Below the pieces are notes generated by a model. That model was not told the origin of the DNA, searched no databases, and was given only the letters and a program-made list of their open reading frames with translations. Shown here one piece after another: positions 59,096 through 64,000 of a stretch of 64,000 bases of DNA. Source of the DNA: Tubulanus polymorphus (Eukaryota; Animalia; Nemertea). The position numbers and the translations under genes were made by a program. Positions within the stretch are counted from its first letter, which is position 1. Every line of letters begins with the position of its first letter. The stretch covers positions 1 through 64,000 of the forward strand of contig NW_027437431.1 in assembly GCF_964204645.1 (NCBI RefSeq), written 5' to 3'.

Positions 59096-60178
59096 ATGCC
59101 ATCGTTGAAACGGAGGCGAAACGGATTTACATTGCCCGGTTTACCACATTGCGGTCCATTCAACGATATATCCAGTTACAAAAGCGAAGGAATAGACGAA
59201 GTGTGCCGTATTCACGACAAAGAGTACGGAGAACTGCAAGAGAAATACGGTAAATGGGCTCCGTACTTCCAGTACAATTCAGCGGATCAGACATTTTTGG
59301 ACAGTGCTTCGGGTGTGAACGGTGTAGGTGCGAGACTAACGTCGAGTGTATTCAGAGCAAAACGGGCGTTATTTCCAACAATGGCGGAAGAACCGGCATT
59401 AAAAAGATCAAAGAGAACGGCGGAAACGGGGAGCGAAGAAGGGAACGCCCAACAAATGATGACTCACATGACGGAAAAGCCGTCACTACACTATAAGAGC
59501 GTGTTAATACATAGAGGTTACCTAACGTTTACGAATTGGGATCCGGACCAGGCGTACGGAGCATTCGGAAGAAAAGCGAAGATTTACTGTTCGGGAATGA
59601 GAACGTTTAACTTCGGATTAAAAGAAAGAGAAGGATGGAGAAGATTTCCAGCCAGCATGGATACCATAGGGATGTGGGATCAATTCAAAGTGACTTCGGG
59701 TAAAATAACGTTATACCCCATAGCGAGCGAAAGCGCGGTAAGCTCTGATTCGAACGCGTTCCAAGATCCGATAGTATGGTTAAAGACGGCAGCCGATTGG
59801 GACTTGAAAGTGAAAGACTCGGCCGCCAATACTCACCAGGGATCGCCGTACGCCGATATAAATTTATTAACTCAAAAGCAAAGCTACAGGCAATACGAAT
59901 TAGGTCGGGGATGCGTTAGCATGGGATTACCCATGTCGACCATAAGAACCGAAATACAAGACACGAGTGACCCGACAGACGTTACCAGATCGGTGAATAT
60001 CGGGGATAACTCGGCGTGGTTAGACGGAGCGTACCGCGATCATTGGCAATCAGCCGCGCTCATTATGCAAATGTTAGTGTACAACGATTCGATACACGCG
60101 GATTTAAACACGCCCCATACAGAAATTATCGTTCCAGCGGAAGTGGAGTTTACGATGATTCATAGAAACAGAGTATAA
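59096..60178 (+). CDS. PLA2-capsid, copy 7
   Basis: Translation identical to copy 1. Confidence 0.8.
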   Translation: MPSLKRRRNGFTLPGLPHCGPFNDISSYKSEGIDEVCRIHDKEYGELQEKYGKWAPYFQYNSADQTFLDSASGVNGVGARLTSSVFRAKRALFPTMAEEPALKRSKRTAETGSEEGNAQQMMTHMTEKPSLHYKSVLIHRGYLTFTNWDPDQAYGAFGRKAKIYCSGMRTFNFGLKEREGWRRFPASMDTIGMWDQFKVTSGKITLYPIASESAVSSDSNAFQDPIVWLKTAADWDLKVKDSAANTHQGSPYADINLLTQKQSYRQYELGRGCVSMGLPMSTIRTEIQDTSDPTDVTRSVNIGDNSAWLDGAYRDHWQSAALIMQMLVYNDSIHADLNTPHTEIIVPAEVEFTMIHRNRV

Positions 60179-60400
60179 TATGATAATAACTTTCCTATTC
60201 TTGGCATCCGGTTTCCTACACGAGTACAAGTGGCACGTATATACTAAACGTATCATGAGTAGAACGCAACGATTCATGAAAATAAGAGACGAAGTGGCGA
60301 ACGAGTGGGTCATCAAACACGACGTCAACGAAAATCGGGTACTAAGGGAACAACACATTACAGAAGTAGCGAAAAGGATATTCTACTACCGGGAAAAACA

Positions 60401-61804
60401 ATGGGAACTAAGTCGAGAAACTGGTCGTTCACAACCGACAATCGAGCAGAAGTCTGCCTCGAAAGTCAAATCGGAACGTCAACAGTAACCGTACACATAG
60501 GTCCGCAAGAAGATCCGGACGGTTACGCGCACGGAGTAATAATAACGTTAGCCAAAGGTACGCAACGACCGTTGAAACAGAGCGAAAACGCGATTAGACA
60601 ACTGTTACACTCGCTAGGCATTAGATTAGTTAACGACTACATCAAACCGACGGAAAAATTAGGCGCCTACATTCAATACATGTACAAAGAAGCCGACAAA
60701 ATACCGGAAGAATTACGAGGTCACTTGGAGGTGAAAAACTCGAAAACGAACGACGACTTTTTCGGCCAAAAGATAAACGCGTTATACGCGGAATACCAAC
60801 AAAGACCGGGACTAGCCGATTGGACGGCGAGAATAGTGAAGGAGTTCGGTTACAACGTACCCGAACTGAAAGTGAAAAGATCGTTTAAAAATTGGCCGGT
60901 AAGGGTAAAAGATATTACGAGAAACGCGGGTGACTTTGCGTTGAAAATGACGGACATAACAGAGCCGAAATTGACGCCGGAAATGGGAGTAGAAATTATA
61001 ACGAAATGCCTGGATAACGTTCAATCGGCGATGTGGGATGGTAAACATATAAATAAACGTGACCTGCTGGTAATATTGGTGAACGCGGCGATCGAGGGAG
61101 GTACGAGTAAAATCAGAAACGCGCCTCATATAATATTTTACGGAGATGCCGGGTCTGGTAAATCGATGTTGGCTAAATTATTGTTCCCGGATTCGATTAC
61201 GAGCCAAATGCCGACGGATTCGGAAGGCGTAGGAGCGTGCGAGATGGGAGGAGGACAACGTATATTCAAAGTCGACGACGCCAGCGACGCTTTTTGGCAC
61301 AACTCGGGGTTGTTGTCGATGATACTCGCGATGTACCAGTCCACCTGGGAGGCAAAAGTACATTCTAGTAAACAAAGTAACCCGCCGTGTATGACGGTAA
61401 TTACGACGAATTGTAAGAATCCGTTAGAGAAGTTCGCCTCTACAGTAGCTTTGGAAGCTGTGGAAAGGAGATTCTTGTCGGTGTATTTCAAAGGTAAAGC
61501 AGATTTGGGAAACGTAGTTTACGACATTACGCCGGGCGTATGCGAAGAAATATTAGAAATAATAGTTAACGAAATTAGACAAGGTAGATATCTGGACAAC
61601 CAAGTCCACTTGGACGACTGGGAAACGGATGATGACGTGGTGATACCGTTCGAAAAAGAAAGAAACTTCATCGAAGCGTACCACGTAGGTCACATGTCGG
61701 ACGCGATGCATCAGAATATGGAGGAAAGGTTAAAACGTAAACGTAAAGAAGAAGACGATACGAATGAAACTCTTAAGTTCGCTAAACGCGGGGAAATCCT
61801 GTAG
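60401..61804 (+). CDS. rep: Rep (HUH + SF3 helicase), copy 7
   Basis: Translation identical to copy 1. Confidence 0.85.
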   Translation: MGTKSRNWSFTTDNRAEVCLESQIGTSTVTVHIGPQEDPDGYAHGVIITLAKGTQRPLKQSENAIRQLLHSLGIRLVNDYIKPTEKLGAYIQYMYKEADKIPEELRGHLEVKNSKTNDDFFGQKINALYAEYQQRPGLADWTARIVKEFGYNVPELKVKRSFKNWPVRVKDITRNAGDFALKMTDITEPKLTPEMGVEIITKCLDNVQSAMWDGKHINKRDLLVILVNAAIEGGTSKIRNAPHIIFYGDAGSGKSMLAKLLFPDSITSQMPTDSEGVGACEMGGGQRIFKVDDASDAFWHNSGLLSMILAMYQSTWEAKVHSSKQSNPPCMTVITTNCKNPLEKFASTVALEAVERRFLSVYFKGKADLGNVVYDITPGVCEEILEIIVNEIRQGRYLDNQVHLDDWETDDDVVIPFEKERNFIEAYHVGHMSDAMHQNMEERLKRKRKEEDDTNETLKFAKRGEIL

Positions 61805-62501
61805 TTGGCAATGTAAATAAATCTATAAATAGAATTCTATAAATTTCTCAATTCGTTACTACCAGTGGACCCGCAGACCCGCGGACCCACTGGCTGTTCG
61901 TTTTTCATGGTCTACCCCCCCTTATATATATAATAAGGAAAGAGAAGGAGGGTCCGCGGGTCCGCGGGTCTGCGGTATTCTCTAAACCGAGAATCGAAAA
62001 GTTAATGAAACTAGGTCGGAAAGATAACAAATTATTATTCAATATATCCTAAAGCTTCTACGAGGTTGGTCACGCGCTCGCTACGCTCGCCAGCGTGACA
62101 CAACCTCGTGGACGCTCCAAAGATAATGAGTATGTGCTTGATAATGAGTGAATTAATTGGGAACCCTATAGCGGGTAAAAGGTAAGAAGTAGAAATTATA
62201 GGGTTAGGGGTTATCATTATACTCGGATGCCCACAGCCCGTGGTGGTCTGTGACAGTGGAGGTTAGTTAAAGTTCGAGGCGTGTGACTAGTCGGGGGGAA
62301 TAACATAGGCGGCTACGCCGCGATAGTTAGTCGGCAAGGTCGGCTGCGCCTCCGGCGGTACAGATTACATCTGAGTGTATTAGTCTACCAACGGAAGCCC
62401 AAACCCTAAATAATATTAGTCGGAAAAATCTGAGTTAGAGGGTCGCAACCGGTTCAAACAATTTAACATCTCATACAGGTGACTCGTACTTTTAGTATCA
62501 A

Positions 62502-63584
62502 ATGCCATCGTTGAAACGGAGGCGAAACGGATTTACATTGCCCGGTTTACCACATTGCGGTCCATTCAACGATATATCCAGTTACAAAAGCGAAGGAATA
62601 GACGAAGTGTGCCGTATTCACGACAAAGAGTACGGAGAACTGCAAGAGAAATACGGTAAATGGGCTCCGTACTTCCAGTACAATTCAGCGGATCAGACAT
62701 TTTTGGACAGTGCTTCGGGTGTGAACGGTGTAGGTGCGAGACTAACGTCGAGTGTATTCAGAGCAAAACGGGCGTTATTTCCAACAATGGCGGAAGAACC
62801 GGCATTAAAAAGATCAAAGAGAACGGCGGAAACGGGGAGCGAAGAAGGGAACGCCCAACAAATGATGACTCACATGACGGAAAAGCCGTCACTACACTAT
62901 AAGAGCGTGTTAATACATAGAGGTTACCTAACGTTTACGAATTGGGATCCGGACCAGGCGTACGGAGCATTCGGAAGAAAAGCGAAGATTTACTGTTCGG
63001 GAATGAGAACGTTTAACTTCGGATTAAAAGAAAGAGAAGGATGGAGAAGATTTCCAGCCAGCATGGATACCATAGGGATGTGGGATCAATTCAAAGTGAC
63101 TTCGGGTAAAATAACGTTATACCCCATAGCGAGCGAAAGCGCGGTAAGCTCTGATTCGAACGCGTTCCAAGATCCGATAGTATGGTTAAAGACGGCAGCC
63201 GATTGGGACTTGAAAGTGAAAGACTCGGCCGCCAATACTCACCAGGGATCGCCGTACGCCGATATAAATTTATTAACTCAAAAGCAAAGCTACAGGCAAT
63301 ACGAATTAGGTCGGGGATGCGTTAGCATGGGATTACCCATGTCGACCATAAGAACCGAAATACAAGACACGAGTGACCCGACAGACGTTACCAGATCGGT
63401 GAATATCGGGGATAACTCGGCGTGGTTAGACGGAGCGTACCGCGATCATTGGCAATCAGCCGCGCTCATTATGCAAATGTTAGTGTACAACGATTCGATA
63501 CACGCGGATTTAAACACGCCCCATACAGAAATTATCGTTCCAGCGGAAGTGGAGTTTACGATGATTCATAGAAACAGAGTATAA
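62502..63584 (+). CDS. PLA2-capsid, copy 8
   Basis: Translation identical to copy 1. Confidence 0.8.
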   Translation: MPSLKRRRNGFTLPGLPHCGPFNDISSYKSEGIDEVCRIHDKEYGELQEKYGKWAPYFQYNSADQTFLDSASGVNGVGARLTSSVFRAKRALFPTMAEEPALKRSKRTAETGSEEGNAQQMMTHMTEKPSLHYKSVLIHRGYLTFTNWDPDQAYGAFGRKAKIYCSGMRTFNFGLKEREGWRRFPASMDTIGMWDQFKVTSGKITLYPIASESAVSSDSNAFQDPIVWLKTAADWDLKVKDSAANTHQGSPYADINLLTQKQSYRQYELGRGCVSMGLPMSTIRTEIQDTSDPTDVTRSVNIGDNSAWLDGAYRDHWQSAALIMQMLVYNDSIHADLNTPHTEIIVPAEVEFTMIHRNRV

Positions 63585-63806
63585 TATGATAATAACTTTC
63601 CTATTCTTGGCATCCGGTTTCCTACACGAGTACAAGTGGCACGTATATACTAAACGTATCATGAGTAGAACGCAACGATTCATGAAAATAAGAGACGAAG
63701 TGGCGAACGAGTGGGTCATCAAACACGACGTCAACGAAAATCGGGTACTAAGGGAACAACACATTACAGAAGTAGCGAAAAGGATATTCTACTACCGGGA
63801 AAAACA

Positions 63807-64000
63807 ATGGGAACTAAGTCGAGAAACTGGTCGTTCACAACCGACAATCGAGCAGAAGTCTGCCTCGAAAGTCAAATCGGAACGTCAACAGTAACCGTAC
63901 ACATAGGTCCGCAAGAAGATCCGGACGGTTACGCGCACGGAGTAATAATAACGTTAGCCAAAGGTACGCAACGACCGTTGAAACAGAGCGAAAACGCGAT
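63807..64000 (+). CDS. rep: Rep, copy 8 (cut by the window end)
   Basis: Same sequence as the copy 1 N-terminus. Confidence 0.75.
   Translation, partial: MGTKSRNWSFTTDNRAEVCLESQIGTSTVTVHIGPQEDPDGYAHGVIITLAKGTQRPLKQSENA

Larger units (their letters stand above)
38390..64000 (+). mobile_element. Endogenous ssDNA-virus concatemer: head-to-tail array of a 3406-bp unit (7 full copies plus 1769 bp, running off the window)
   Basis: Identical ORF sets recur at exact 3406-bp spacing. Unit starts are 38390, 41796, 45202, 48608, 52014, 55420, 58826 and 62232. Each unit encodes a PLA2-capsid and an HUH/SF3 Rep. Confidence 0.92.

Noticed and set aside
38390-64000. Reading the array as a satellite, a Helitron or a standard densovirus endogenous element
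   Set aside because: The helicase is SF3, not Pif1. A PLA2-capsid gene is present. The Rep motifs and cap-rep layout do not fit a linear NS-VP parvovirus genome with ITRs.

Overview
This is AT-rich, repeat-dense animal (probably invertebrate) genomic DNA with two distinct halves. Bases 1-38389 are a nest of mostly decayed transposons: a Gypsy protease, a DIRS element split by a near-full-length esterase-ORF1 LINE, a Helentron carrying a foldback insert, CR1, Sola, piggyBac, MITEs, HINE-like repeats, a second DIRS and a BEL/Pao gag. This half also holds 3' exons of a minus-strand host gene ending in a DUF3883/NO VEIN-like domain. From 38390 to the window end lies a head-to-tail array of about 7.5 nearly identical copies of a 3406-bp unit, joined to the middle of the BEL gag. 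Each unit looks like a complete small ssDNA virus genome with a chimeric design. It encodes a 360-aa capsid-like protein with a parvovirus VP1u-type phospholipase A2 N-terminus and a short CRESS-like body, a small overlapping hydrophobic ORF, and a Rep with CRESS-type HUH motifs plus an SF3 helicase. A roughly 700-bp intergenic region carries inverted iterons and hairpins. This intact, tandemly amplified endogenous hybrid of CRESS Rep and PLA2 capsid is the main finding. All family assignments come from motif recognition by eye; no searches were run.
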